Of a stretch of 64,000 nucleotides of DNA, positions 1 through 11,200 are shown in pieces. Each line of letters begins with the position of its first letter. Position 1 is the first letter of the stretch. The notes under the pieces are model-generated. The model was not told where the DNA came from, did no database searches, and was given only the letters and a program-made list of their open reading frames with translations. This DNA is from Azolla caroliniana (taxonomy: Eukaryota; Plantae; Polypodiophyta). The stretch spans positions 9,548,001-9,612,000 of the forward strand of contig JBHGNT010000013.1 of assembly GCA_043228905.1 (NCBI GenBank), in the 5' to 3' direction. Position numbers and translations under genes: made by a program.

Positions 1-2528
1 ACTCCATTGGCGATCTCTACTCCGGATATGACCAATTCCAATTGGCGATCAACAGTCGAGACATTACAACCATGAGGACTCCGATCGGGCTTGTGCGGAT
101 GTGTACCTTACCCCAAGGCGCAACGAACTCGGTGGCTCATATAGTGAATGCCATGAATAAAGTCTTGAAGGATTGCATCCCGGACATCACGATGCCATTC
201 TTGGATGATATTCCGATAAAAGGATGTTCGGATGAGGAGAAAGATGAATCGAAAGATAAGGAAGGTTGTAGAAAGTTCGTTGCGGATCATATGAAAGATT
301 GCGAAAAGGTGCTTCAAAGGCTCGAAGATGCGAATTTGACATTTTCGGGAGAAAAATCCGCATTTGGGCAACCAGAGATCTTGGTGGTGGGTCACTTGTG
401 TGGAGCATACGGCCGGAAGCCCTCACCATCCAAAGTGAATGCAATCCAAGACATGAAAGAAGAATGCGAAAACCAAACGGAGGTTCGAAGGTTCCTTGGA
501 GCGTGCGCGTTTTATCATATAAGGATTCCTCACTACGCTCATGTCACCGAACCGTTATATGGACTACTAAAGAAAAGAATAAAGTTCGAATGGCGAGACG
601 AGCACACAAAGGCGATGCGAAGATTAAAGAAACTGCTTCTTGAAGCTCCGGCACTAAGGAAGGCCGACTATGCCGAAGGGAAACCAATTTACGTGACCGT
701 AGATACGAGCCCAACCGGAATCAGGTGGGTCATCAATCAAGAAGGTGAAGATAATGCGCGATATGCCGTCCGGTTCGGAGCAAAGGTTCTCAGCGAACGG
801 CAACAAAGATATGCCCAAGTCAAGCGGGAACTTTGGGGTATTGTGTCGGCAGTGAAGACGGACAAAGATTACCTGATCGGGTCAGAAGTGATAATAGAGA
901 CAGATTGTCTCCCAATTCACGGAATGGTCTCGGGATGTGCGACCCCAGATCTTGCTATGCTAAGGTGGATCGCCTACATCAAGTCTTTAAACCCAGAGAT
1001 CCGTCACATTGCAGGGAAGAAGAACGCCATGGCTGACATGCTGTCGAGGGCAAGATTTTCAAATGGAAGTAACATGGTTTCGGAAGATGAAGATGTCGCC
1101 CTCGACTTCTTCAAGATGGCTCGATTGTCGGCGGAAGACCAGGACACGCAAACCCTCCACGCCTTCAACGAGAACGAGTACGAAGGAGAGTGGTTACTCA
1201 TCGGTAGATTCCTAAGAACATTGACGACAGATGCTTCGTTGACAAAGGAGGAGGCCCTATGGATCCGAAAGAAAGCTTACCGATACTTCTTGAAGGGAGG
1301 ATTCCTTTGGCGACATCCAAAAAGAAGGACAGGAATACCACGACGAGTGGTGGTAAAGAAAGAAGAGCAAGAGACGCTGATGACCGAATTCCACGAGAGT
1401 GCTTGGGCAGGTCATAGAGGAACATGGGCGACGTTCGAAAAGTTGAAGGAGAAGTACTGGTGGCCAAGCATGTACAAAGATGTACTCCATTTCGTGTCCA
1501 CATGCGAAACTTGCCAAGTATATTCAAATATACATCATCGTGATGAGTTAAAACCGACATACCCACTCACCATACACTTCAAATGGATGGTGGATCTGGT
1601 CTTGATGCCAATGGGAGTGGGACAAATGAAGTACTTAGCGCTGGCAAGGGAAGACTTGACAAATCAAGTGGAAGGACGAGCCTTGACAAATAAGACGACT
1701 TCAGCCGTTTGCAAATTTCTACTTGAAGATGTTGTTTGCCGATATGGATGTGTAGGGAAGATAGTGGCCGACCGAGGGGAGTTGGACGCGCACGAAGCGA
1801 CGGAGCTCTTCGAAAGACTAGGCGTGAAGCTCTCCCTCATGACTGCCTACAAACCGGAAGCAAATGGGAAGATCGAGTGAGGGCATGGACCTATCGTTAA
1901 AGCCATCGTACGGGCATGCAACGGTCGAGTCGGGAATTGGCCACGACTATTACCCTATGCCTTGTGGGCCGATAGAACGACACATAGCTCGGTGACAGGG
2001 TATATGCCGACGGAGCTTATGTATGGACAAAAGCCGATTATGCCCATCGAAAGGACGATCGCCTCATGGGTAGCGATACCGTGGGAGAACGAGATGAGCC
2101 GAGAAGAGTTATTAGCGGCGCGGATAAGGCAACTTGAAAGAAGACCTGAAGATTTAGAAAAAACGTGAAAGATGATGAAGGCAACCCGAGTAAAGAACAA
2201 GGTTCGGTTCGACAACACGCATCGACTTCGTCCCAAGAAGATTGAAGAAGGGGATTGGGTTTTGGTTTACGACAACACCCTTGACAATCAACACAGTACA
2301 ACAAGGAAGTTCGCAAGAAGATGGTTCGGGCCGTATATGGTGACAAGTGCCAACGATAATGCCACATACCACCTTGCGGAATTAGACGGATTAAGGTTGG
2401 CCGTACCCATTGCAGGAAAAAGAGTAAAGATTTTCAAGAAAAGACAAGACAAGGATCCTGACCTCGATTACCTCGACAATGAACATAATAGGGCGGATGT
2501 AAATGAAGACATGGAGGAATCTAATTGA
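1..2528 (+). pseudogene. pol: gypsy pol (RT, RNase H, integrase), two premature stops
   Basis: LPQGATNS and FLDD (RT), VTVDTS/RELWG/ETDC (RNase H), H..GHRG..C..C and ADRGE (integrase), WFGPY (GPY/F). In-frame TGA at 1878-1880 and 2166-2168. Confidence 0.93.
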
Positions 2529-2600
2529 TCATCGTAGCCGAAATCTCACTTTCTCTCTTCTTGGCACGTACCAGAGGACGTGCGGTTTGGTGGGGGTGGA

Positions 2601-3253
2601 TGTCGTGAAGATTCGGCGGCGGCACCGGTATCCGGCGCCGGTGAGAGGTATCCGGCGGCATTGGATGAACCGGCGTCCGACGACTAGATAAATAAATATA
2701 TAAATATATATACATATACAAGGAGGGCAAGTAAGGATTCGAACCTTGCATCTCCAAGTTAGGAATCAATTGGCTTACCATTAAGCCATGCTATTTAGTT
2801 GAAATTATATTTCTATCATTGTACTTTTACTGTAAATTCTCATACATGAGAGCTAAAATGAGTGACATGGTTATCATGCACCACATGTAATACATAAGCG
2901 CCAAATGGCAAACATGCAATTTATGCATGTCTTGTACCCTCACATGCATCATATGCATGAGAGCATCTATAAAAGAAGGAAGGGGAAGGAGAAAAAACAC
3001 GTTTTTTTTTATGAAAATTAAGAGGAAGAAATTCGTTATCAAATTGATCGTGTAACTTGTTCTTAAATCTAAAGTTAAAAGTTCAATCAATCTCTCTCAA
3101 TCGTGTGATCTCAACTTCTCTCTTTCCCAATCTATCTTAAGTACTTTCTCGCTAAAACTTGCGCCAAAGCTTGTACAGACTTTGAATCCTTCCGGTCCAG
3201 AACCCCGGCGGTTCCGCCTCACGATCTGCGCGTAGTGACGGATCTTCACGACA
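2601..3253 (+). repeat. 3' LTR of G1
   Basis: Perfect 11-bp inverted termini TGTCGTGAAGA...TCTTCACGACA directly after the PPT. Related LTR sequence at 31669-32466 and ~58915-59316 in the opposite orientation. Confidence 0.88.
2724..2795 (-). promoter_or_regulatory. tRNA-derived Pol III A/B-box element inside the LTR
   Basis: Minus strand TGGCTTAATGG (2788-2778) and GGTTCGAATCC (2745-2735), starts 43 nt apart as in tRNA genes. Partial T-stem, no intact cloverleaf. Confidence 0.6.
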
Positions 3254-4602
3254 ACGGCGTCCAAACGAAGGTGGCTACAAACATGACATCGGCGAGTGAT
3301 GGTACCAAGACTTTTCCCACACCTACTCTAGAGACTTCGGCGGTCGGCCCTGAGAGCCCACGTGAGACTGGAGAGACGGAAGGTGGCGGTGGCAAAGCGG
3401 ACGATCGAAACGACGACGAGGAAGGTCATAGCGGACGGAGGAGAGACCCCTCGACACCGAGACCGGAGACTATGGCGGTTGCGCTCGAATGCCAACATAA
3501 GACCGGAGAGAAGGGCGGTGGCCGTGAGGAGGCTTGGCCCGGAGCGAACATGTACGAAGATGAGGATGCGAGGCCCGGAACGGGCATATACAAGAGGACC
3601 GACGGAGAGGTCGGGAGTGGCAAAGAGGAGAGAGTCGGGAACCGACCCGACCGGAAGATGAACCGGTTGATAATACGACATGACTGGAAGACGACGCGGA
3701 AGAATATTGGAGCGGGGTCCGGTCAACCGGGCCCGAACCGAAGAAGAGCCGGCAAGGCCGTATTTGTTCGGACAAACATGTACCAGCCGGTTACGATTAC
3801 GGAAGGGAGCCGACCAAACCGGAACTCGATCGGCCGAGACCGATCCAGGCGAAGGCTAAGTCGGCATGATTGGAGGTTGAGGCGAACGAGCCACAACACC
3901 CGGTGGGAGCTGGTGAGCGCCAGAAGGAGGCCAAGCATGCACGAGGAGTACGACTTGGTGGGAGGCCAAGAGCGAGAGGATCCCTCCACATCTATCCTTG
4001 AGACTTTGGCGGTTGCGGATCGATGTAAGACCAAAGAGACGACAGGTGGCGGCGACGAGTTGGAAGCCGGAGCGGACGAGGAAACCAGAACGGGTATCCG
4101 ATACGGGGTGACGGCCGAGCGGGCCCAAGACGATAAGCCGGGGTCGGAAGGTGCTACGGCAACAAAGGGAGAAGCGTGTAACATGAAGAATGCATTACGG
4201 CGTAGAACGGAGCGTGCACTACGGCCGACGAAGGGCCAAGAAGCAAGCATGCACCCCGAAGAGCGGCAACGAGTGACCGGCAACGGTGGACCAGTTGAGC
4301 CTTTGAGAGGCAAGCATGTGGCAAGAGACGGAGCGGTGAGTTCCCGGGATCAGCGGATGAACAACGAGAGCGGAGGATGGTGCGTGGAGAGCAAAGAACT
4401 ACACACCGGGAAGAGAAAATGCGACAGCTTCCCGGAGGGCGTGCAAGGCCAAGCGGGCCAAGAGGGCGCAAGTCGAGGCGAGGCGGTAACGGGAGCCTCG
4501 AGGGACACCGACGCAGAGGTCGGGATGACGGTACGCTCTATCTACGGAGAGAGAACACAACGGGCAAAAGAGAAGCAAGGAACGCGAAATGGGGTTGCCT
4601 AA
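3254..4602 (+). CDS. Acidic/Gly-rich repetitive ORF of N1 (5'-truncated), unknown function
   Basis: About 450 open codons in the same frame as the homologous ORF of N2 (SGRRRDPSTP, ERQRVTGNGGP.EPLRGK shared). Translation is unproven. Confidence 0.4.
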
Positions 4603-5697
4603 GGGCCAAAGAATGGTTTAGGGTTTAGGGTTTAGGGTTATTTGGAGGACAACGACGACACACGGAAAGAGCCTACGGGAGGCGAGCGTAGAACGAAGGG
4701 AGTCGGTACGAGGTGTTCGGGGTGAGGAGAAGGTCGAGCTGGAGGTGGAACACACGCGATACGCGAGGAGCGGCACCCAACGAGCAATAGAAGTAATCGG
4801 GGGTCTAACCGGAGGACATGTGCGGTGAGGAAGGAAGGGAGACCGGATCGGCAACGGTATTCGGGATGGCCGGTCGAAGAAGAAGGCGTGTGCGCCGGAC
4901 ATGGAGGATCGGATGGAGTCGGTGTTTTGGGTACACGCGACGGACGTGGTGGATAAGATGGAGCCGACGGTTCAAGAGCATACGACGGATATGGCGGACC
5001 GGGAGGCTACGGTGGTCCATGTGGGACGGATGGCTTGCTCGAAGTGGAAGACAAAGTCGGTCAAAGCTAACAAAGACGCTAAGGACTCGGTTGATCGCCA
5101 TGACCAAAAATCTCACCTCTTTCCCCTTCTTGGCACATATCGGTGGATGTGTGGTTTGGTGGGGGCGGATGTCGTGAAGATTTTCGTCCATAGGTGGAAA
5201 CCAGGGTGGAAACGACAAGTCGGTGGTGTGCAACATGTGCACACGTATACTAGGAAATGGTGGATAAAAATAAGAGGGGAAATTTTAGCCCACATTGTAA
5301 GGTCCCTCCCTCCTTGGGCTATAAAAGGAAGGGAGGGGTCACTTATGAAGGGTTGCCTATTTTGCGTATGGGAGGTATACCACTTAGTCTAGAGTTCTTA
5401 CCGTTTTAGGGTTAGGGTTTCATTTAGGGTTTCGTTATTCATCCTCGGTTAGGGTTTCCTTATATCGTTTGGTGCGGCCTAAGCGGCCACCATTGTTGTA
5501 ATTATTCCTTGGGTTTAATATAACTTGTTGAGTATCTTGCCTCCGCCGATCTCTCCCTCTATGCCATCGTCTTTTTCTTTCCTCTTCTCCTCTTCAGCTA
5601 AGCCTCCATATCATATCTGATTCCTTCTCCTCTACTCCCTAGTCCAAGACCCCCGTGGCCCCGCCCCTTCTACACGCACGTGCGTAACAACGCGACA
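3254..5697 (+). mobile_element. Non-autonomous gypsy-type element N1 (3' part), interrupted by G1; 3' LTR 5170-5697
   Basis: Internal region homologous to 48700-50668. PPT TTGGTGGGGGCGGA, then LTR TGTCGTGAAGATTTTCGTCCA...ACGCGACA sharing both ends with the N2 LTRs. Confidence 0.85.
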
Positions 5698-7149
5698 CTG
5701 GTCCATAGTCTTGTACTTCGTATGCACATGGGCCATCCGATCCAACTCGACCCTCTCCCCGAAGTCGGCGATGACTTCGTACATCTCTTCTGAAATAACC
5801 GGATTCGTCCGGTCTTCGTTGAGGCCTTCTTGGAACACCTTAAATTCCCCCAAGGTGTCGTCGAAAGAGACCGCCTCCATGGCTCCAACAATCTCATCGT
5901 CGGGGCCTAGGACTCTACACCCCCTAAGACGTTCCTCTGCCCGTTTCTTCTCCCGGCCGCTAATGCCGGTTATCGTACACTGGTGTCCTATGCTGGCCGA
6001 ATCCTGTAGACTTGGGTCCGACGTGACCTCTTTCATCCCTAACCCGCTGCCCTCCGGCAAGGGTGCCGCGACTGGCCTCATCTTCCGGTCCATAATCTTC
6101 TACTTCGTATGCACATGGGTTGTCCGATCCAATTCGACCCTCTCCCCGAAGTCGGTGATGACTTCGTACATCTCTTCTGAAGTAACTGGATTCGTCCGGT
6201 CTTCGTTGAGGCCTTCTTGGAACACCTTCTTTAATTCCCCCAAGGTGTCGTCGAAAGAGACTGCCTCCATGGCTCCAATAATCTCATCGTCGGGGCCTAG
6301 GACTCCGCACGCCCTGAGACGTTCCTCTGCCCGTTTCTTCTCCCGGCCGCGAATGCCGGTTATTGTACACCGGTGTCCTATGCCGGACGAATCCTATAGA
6401 CTTGGGTCCCACGTGACCTCTTTCATCCGTAACCCGCTGCCGTCCGGCAAGGGTGCCGCGACTGGCCTCATCTTCTGGTCCATAGTCTTGTACTTTGTAT
6501 GCACATGGGCCGTCCGATCCAACACGACCCTCTCCCCGAAGTCGGCGATGACTTCGTACATCTGTTCTGAATTAACCGTATTTGTCCGGTCTTCGTTGAG
6601 GCCTTCTTGGAACACCTTCTTTAATTCCCCCAAGGTGTCGTCGAAAGAGACCGCCTCCATGGCTCCAACAATCTCATCGTGAGGGCCTAGGACTCCGCAC
6701 GCCCTGAGACGTTCCTCTGCCCGTTTCTTCTCACGGCCGCGAATGCCGGTTATTGTACACCGGTGTCCTATGCCGACCGAATCCTATAGACTTGGGTCCC
6801 ATGTGACCTCTTTCATCCGTTACCCGCTGCCGTTCGGCAAGGCTGCCGCGACTGGCCTCATCTTCTGGTCCATAGTCTTGTACTTTGTATGCACATGGGC
6901 CGTCTGATCCAACACGACCCTCTCCCCGAAGTCGGCGATGACTTCGTACATCTGTTCTGAATTAACCGTATTTGTCCGGTCTTCGTTGAGGCCTTCTTGG
7001 AACACCTTCTTTAATTCCCCCAAGGTGTCGTCGAAAGAGACCGCCTCCATGGCTCCAACAATCTCATCGTTGGATCCTAGGACTCCGCATGCCCTGAGAT
7101 GTTCCTTTGCCCGTTTCTTCTCCCGGTCGCTAATGCCGGTTATCGCACA
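5698..7149 (-). repeat. Tandem array, ~3.7 x 390-bp unit, derived from the gypsy protease-RT linker
   Basis: GTCCATA landmark at 5701, 6088, 6478, 6868 (periods 387, 390, 390). Translates to HTKYKTMDQKMRPVAAPLP, homologous to the single-copy region 11190-11580. Confidence 0.92.
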
Positions 7150-8290
7150 ACCTCCGTTGTCAGAGAACCAAAATTTCCTATATATAGTACAGGGCTTCCT
7201 TTCTATGGTACACGTGTGGGGTGTCTTTGGGGAGTCTGGACTATCGCGGCCCCACGCCTTGATAGCCCTCTCTAAAAATACCCTCGGCTTTCGCCGCCGA
7301 GGGTCTCACGGTTGCGCTCATGGTTCGGTCGCACCGTCAGAAATTGGACTGAGTGTGGTCCATCTTGGCTCTTCACGCTGTCGAGGAAATCCTCGCGGAT
7401 GCGTGAAAGTCGGGCAGGGCCACAGGGGTCTCGAACCAAGGAACCGAGGAAACGAGAAGGGAGCTGTTTGAGAATTGCGTAGGTCATGGGACAACGGGAA
7501 AATAGGTAATGCTAGCGATCGAGAGAGGGTAAAAGAGTCGTGCGTAGACGTAGACACGGGCAAGACACTGAGAACAACGTTTGTTAGGCAAGGAGGGTTT
7601 CTATTAAACAACACAAGTGCACAGTGTGGTGGGTGATTACAGCCGTATCAGAGCCAGAGATGGAGCGTGGAGCTTGGTAAACAACATAGGTGCATAGTGC
7701 GGTGGGTGATTACAGTCGGATCAGAGCCGGAGATGGAGTGCGAAGCTTAGTAATAGCCAGACCCAAAGGTGCATTGCCACGCTGAAGGTCGATCCCCTAG
7801 TCGGGAGCACTCAGACGTTAGACGTGTGCAGGGGAAGCGCCTTCCGATGATCAGTCCTCCTCCTCTTTTCTGTATCTCCTCTCCTCTCTATGGCATCCTC
7901 AAGACAATTGAAGGTCCCCCCCTTTATAGCACAAGGAGCGACTGTTACAAGCATTCATGACTCGTCGCTTTCCCTTCCTAGATCCTCTCCCTCGTAACTC
8001 TCCTTACATATGCGATGTCTATTTCTTCATTAATGTCGTGACTACCTAGTACCCCCTTGTATACTCATGCCTAGTACTCTTCCTAGCTAATTCTCTCGAG
8101 GCGTGCACTCGCGTAAACTGGCGCGTTTCACCTTGTTTCTACCTATGGCTTGAAATCTTCATGACATCCACCCCCACCAAACTGCACATCTTCCGGTATG
8201 GCCGGATAGTGAATTTAGTGGAGGATTCCGGGCCATCGGTTACTCGTCCTCCTCTCCGGAGCTGGCGCTTCCGGCTCCCGGGTCCAGTTC

Positions 8291-11200
8291 CTACTCTTTC
8301 CGTCTCTTGAAGGCTTTTATCCACTTGCCGGCCACTAGAGTCGTTATTCGCGTCCCGTCGAGCTCTACGAGATGATACGTGGTGTTGTCGTTGACGCTAC
8401 TTACCACGTACGACCCAAACCATCGCTTCGCAAACTTGCGCGTAGACCTATGCTGGTTGTCGAGGCTGCTGTCGTAGAATAACACCCAATTGTCTTCCTC
8501 GATCTTCCTTGGCAGGAGCCGGTGCGTTCGGCCGAACCGGGTTTTGTTCCGGATCCTTGCTTCTCTTACCCTCATCGTGGCTCGTTCCACGTTTTCTGGT
8601 CGTCGCTCGAGTTTCCGGATTCGTTCTGCTTGCAACTCTTCTCTGCTCATTTCGCTAGCCCAATCGATCGCTGCTCACGAGGCGATCGTCCACTCTACTA
8701 GCATGATGGGTTTCTGTCCGTACATCAGTTCCGCCGGCATGTACCCTGTCACCGAGTTGTGGGTAGTCCTATTCGCCCATAACGTGTATGGGAGCAACCT
8801 CGGCCAGTCGCCGACTTGACCCTGGCAGGCGTGTACAATGGCTTTTACAATCGGGCCATGGCCCCGTTCAATCTTTCCGTTTGCCTCTGGGTTGTACGCC
8901 ATTGTGAGGGACAGTTTTACGCCTAACCGATCGAACAAATCCTCGGTCTCTTCCGCATTTAGCTCTCCTCGGTCAACCACGATTTTCTCCACGCACCCGT
9001 ATCGGCATATGACATCCTCGATCAGAAACTTGCATACGGCCGCGGTGGTCTTGTTCTTTAGTGCTCGTCCCTCCACATGGTTGGTTAGGTCTTCTCTAGC
9101 CAGCACTAGGTATCGCTTTTGACCTTTGCCCACCGACATCGTAACTAAGTCAACCATCCATTTGATGTGCACGGTCGGGGGATAAGTTGGGCGTAGTTCG
9201 TCTCGGTGTCGAACCACCGAGTGCATATGGCAGCTTTCACATTTGGACACGAAGTTGTGCACGCTCTTGTACATGCCTGGCCACCAATACTCTCCTTTTA
9301 ACTTCTCGAATGTAGCCCATGTACTCCGGTGTCCAGACCAAGGGCTCTCGTGAAACTCCGACATCAGCTTCTGTTGGTCATTCGCTTGCGCTATCACCCG
9401 AAGCGGTGCGTCGTTTTGCTTTTCTGGGACCCTCCCGATTTTTCCTTTCCGTAGGAAGTATCTTTATGCTTTCTTTCGGAGTTGTCCGGCCTCCTCCTTG
9501 GTCATTGTGGCGTCCGTCGTCATTTTCTCCAAAAATCTCCCAATTAGAAGCTACTCCTCGTCGTAGCCGTCTTCGTCGAACTCATTCACGGGCGAAGCGC
9601 TTCGCCTTTTTATCCCCACCCTTGCCGATTTGAAGAAGTCTGCACCGACTTCTTCGCTCTTTGATACCATGTCGTCCTCATCCTCAAATCTTGCTCTAGA
9701 AAGCATATCGGCCATGGCGTTGTCTTTACACGAGATGTGTCGTATCGCCGGGTTTTGGGACTTGATGTACGCAATCCACTTGAGCATGGCCAGGTCGGGA
9801 GTTGCGCATTCGGAGACCATACCGAGAATCGGCAAGCAGTCCGTTTCGATAATTACTTCTGTCCCGATTAGGTAATCTTTGTTGACCTTAACCGTCGAAA
9901 CGATACCCCACAACTCACGCTTGACTTGGGCGTACCTCGCTGTCGCTCGCTCAGTACCTTCGCACCAAACCGGATAGGGAAGCGTGTGCCGTCTTCGTCC
10001 TCTTGATTTACGACCCACCCGATCCCGGTCGGGCTGGTGTCCACAGTGATGTTGACCGGAGTTCCCGGTGCGTATTCCGCTTTGCGCAAAGCCGGTGCCA
10101 CGGCAAGCGTTCGTTTTAGTTTCTGGACCGCCCCCGTATGTTCCTTTGTCCATTCGAATTTCCTGTTCTTCTTCAGGAGGCTGTAGAGTGGTTTGGTGAT
10201 GTGCGCATAATGAGGGATCCATATGTGGTAGAAGGTGCATGCTCCTAGGAACCGCCGGACCTCCGTGATGGATCCGCACTCCTCCTTCATTGCCGAGATG
10301 GCCTCTACCTTGGTCGGTGATGGCCCCCGGCTGTACAACCCAAAGAGGTGGCCAACCACTAACATCTCCGGTTGTCCGAAAACCGACTTTTCGCCTAAGA
10401 AGGTAAGCCGCATGCCCTCGAGCCTCTGTAGTATCTTCTCGCAGTCGGAGATGTGGTCCACGAAAAACATCCGGCACTCGTCCGCGCCGATCGACTCATC
10501 CTTGGCGTCTTCTGGACACCCTTTTATAGGGATGTCGTCTAGGAAAGGCATGGTAATGTCCGAGATGTAGTCCTCAGAACTCTGTTCATTGCGTTCACCA
10601 TGTGTGCCACCGAGTTGGTTCCGCCCTGTGGTAGGGTACACATTCGAACTAGGCCGAGAGGGGTCCACATCATCGTGATGTCCCAGTTCTCCACGGTGAG
10701 CTGGAATTGGTCGTACCCCGAGTAAAGGTCTCCGACTGAGTATATGGACCTTTCGGCGAAGGCTTCAGCGAACTCGTGGATCGACGGCCCTACTCCTGTA
10801 TTGCGGATGGTCACTTTGTTGACCGGTTGTAAGTCCTGGATGAACCGCAATGTGCCGTTCTTCTTTGGTACCGTAAACCACCGGTTAGAATAGGGGGCAC
10901 TCGACGGTTCGAGGATGCCCAACACCACTTTCTGCTTAAGAAGCTCCATCAACATCGGCATGTGAGCTCTCGGTACTGGGATCAGCTTGAGACTCCATGG
11001 TATGTGTGGTATTGTAAAGATCACCATTGGCTCGACGATGGTCGAGTCGACGCACCCGATCTCTCACAGTGAGAATGCGAAGGCCTTCCCATGCCTCTCG
11101 AGCATTCCTCGGAACTTGTCCTCTTCCGCTGGCAGTAGGAAGCCACCCCCACCAATCTTCAGCTCTCATAGTGTTTTGTCGATGAAACGGTGTCCTATGC

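Larger units (their letters stand above)
1..3253 (+). mobile_element. Ty3/gypsy LTR retrotransposon G1 (non-chromovirus, Phygy/Selgy-like), 3' part
   Basis: RT-RNaseH-integrase order, PPT-like TTGGTGGGGGTGGA ending at 2600, then a 3' LTR. The 5' part lies outside the window. Confidence 0.9.

Noticed and set aside
2724-2795. Functional tRNA gene (likewise at 56052 and 60203)
   Set aside because: Acceptor and anticodon stems do not pair. Only the A/B boxes remain.
4618-4638. Interstitial telomere or healed chromosome end
   Set aside because: Only three units, inside a retroelement internal region.
5711-6682. 323-aa plus-strand ORF
   Set aside because: Antisense shadow of the tandemly repeated pol linker.
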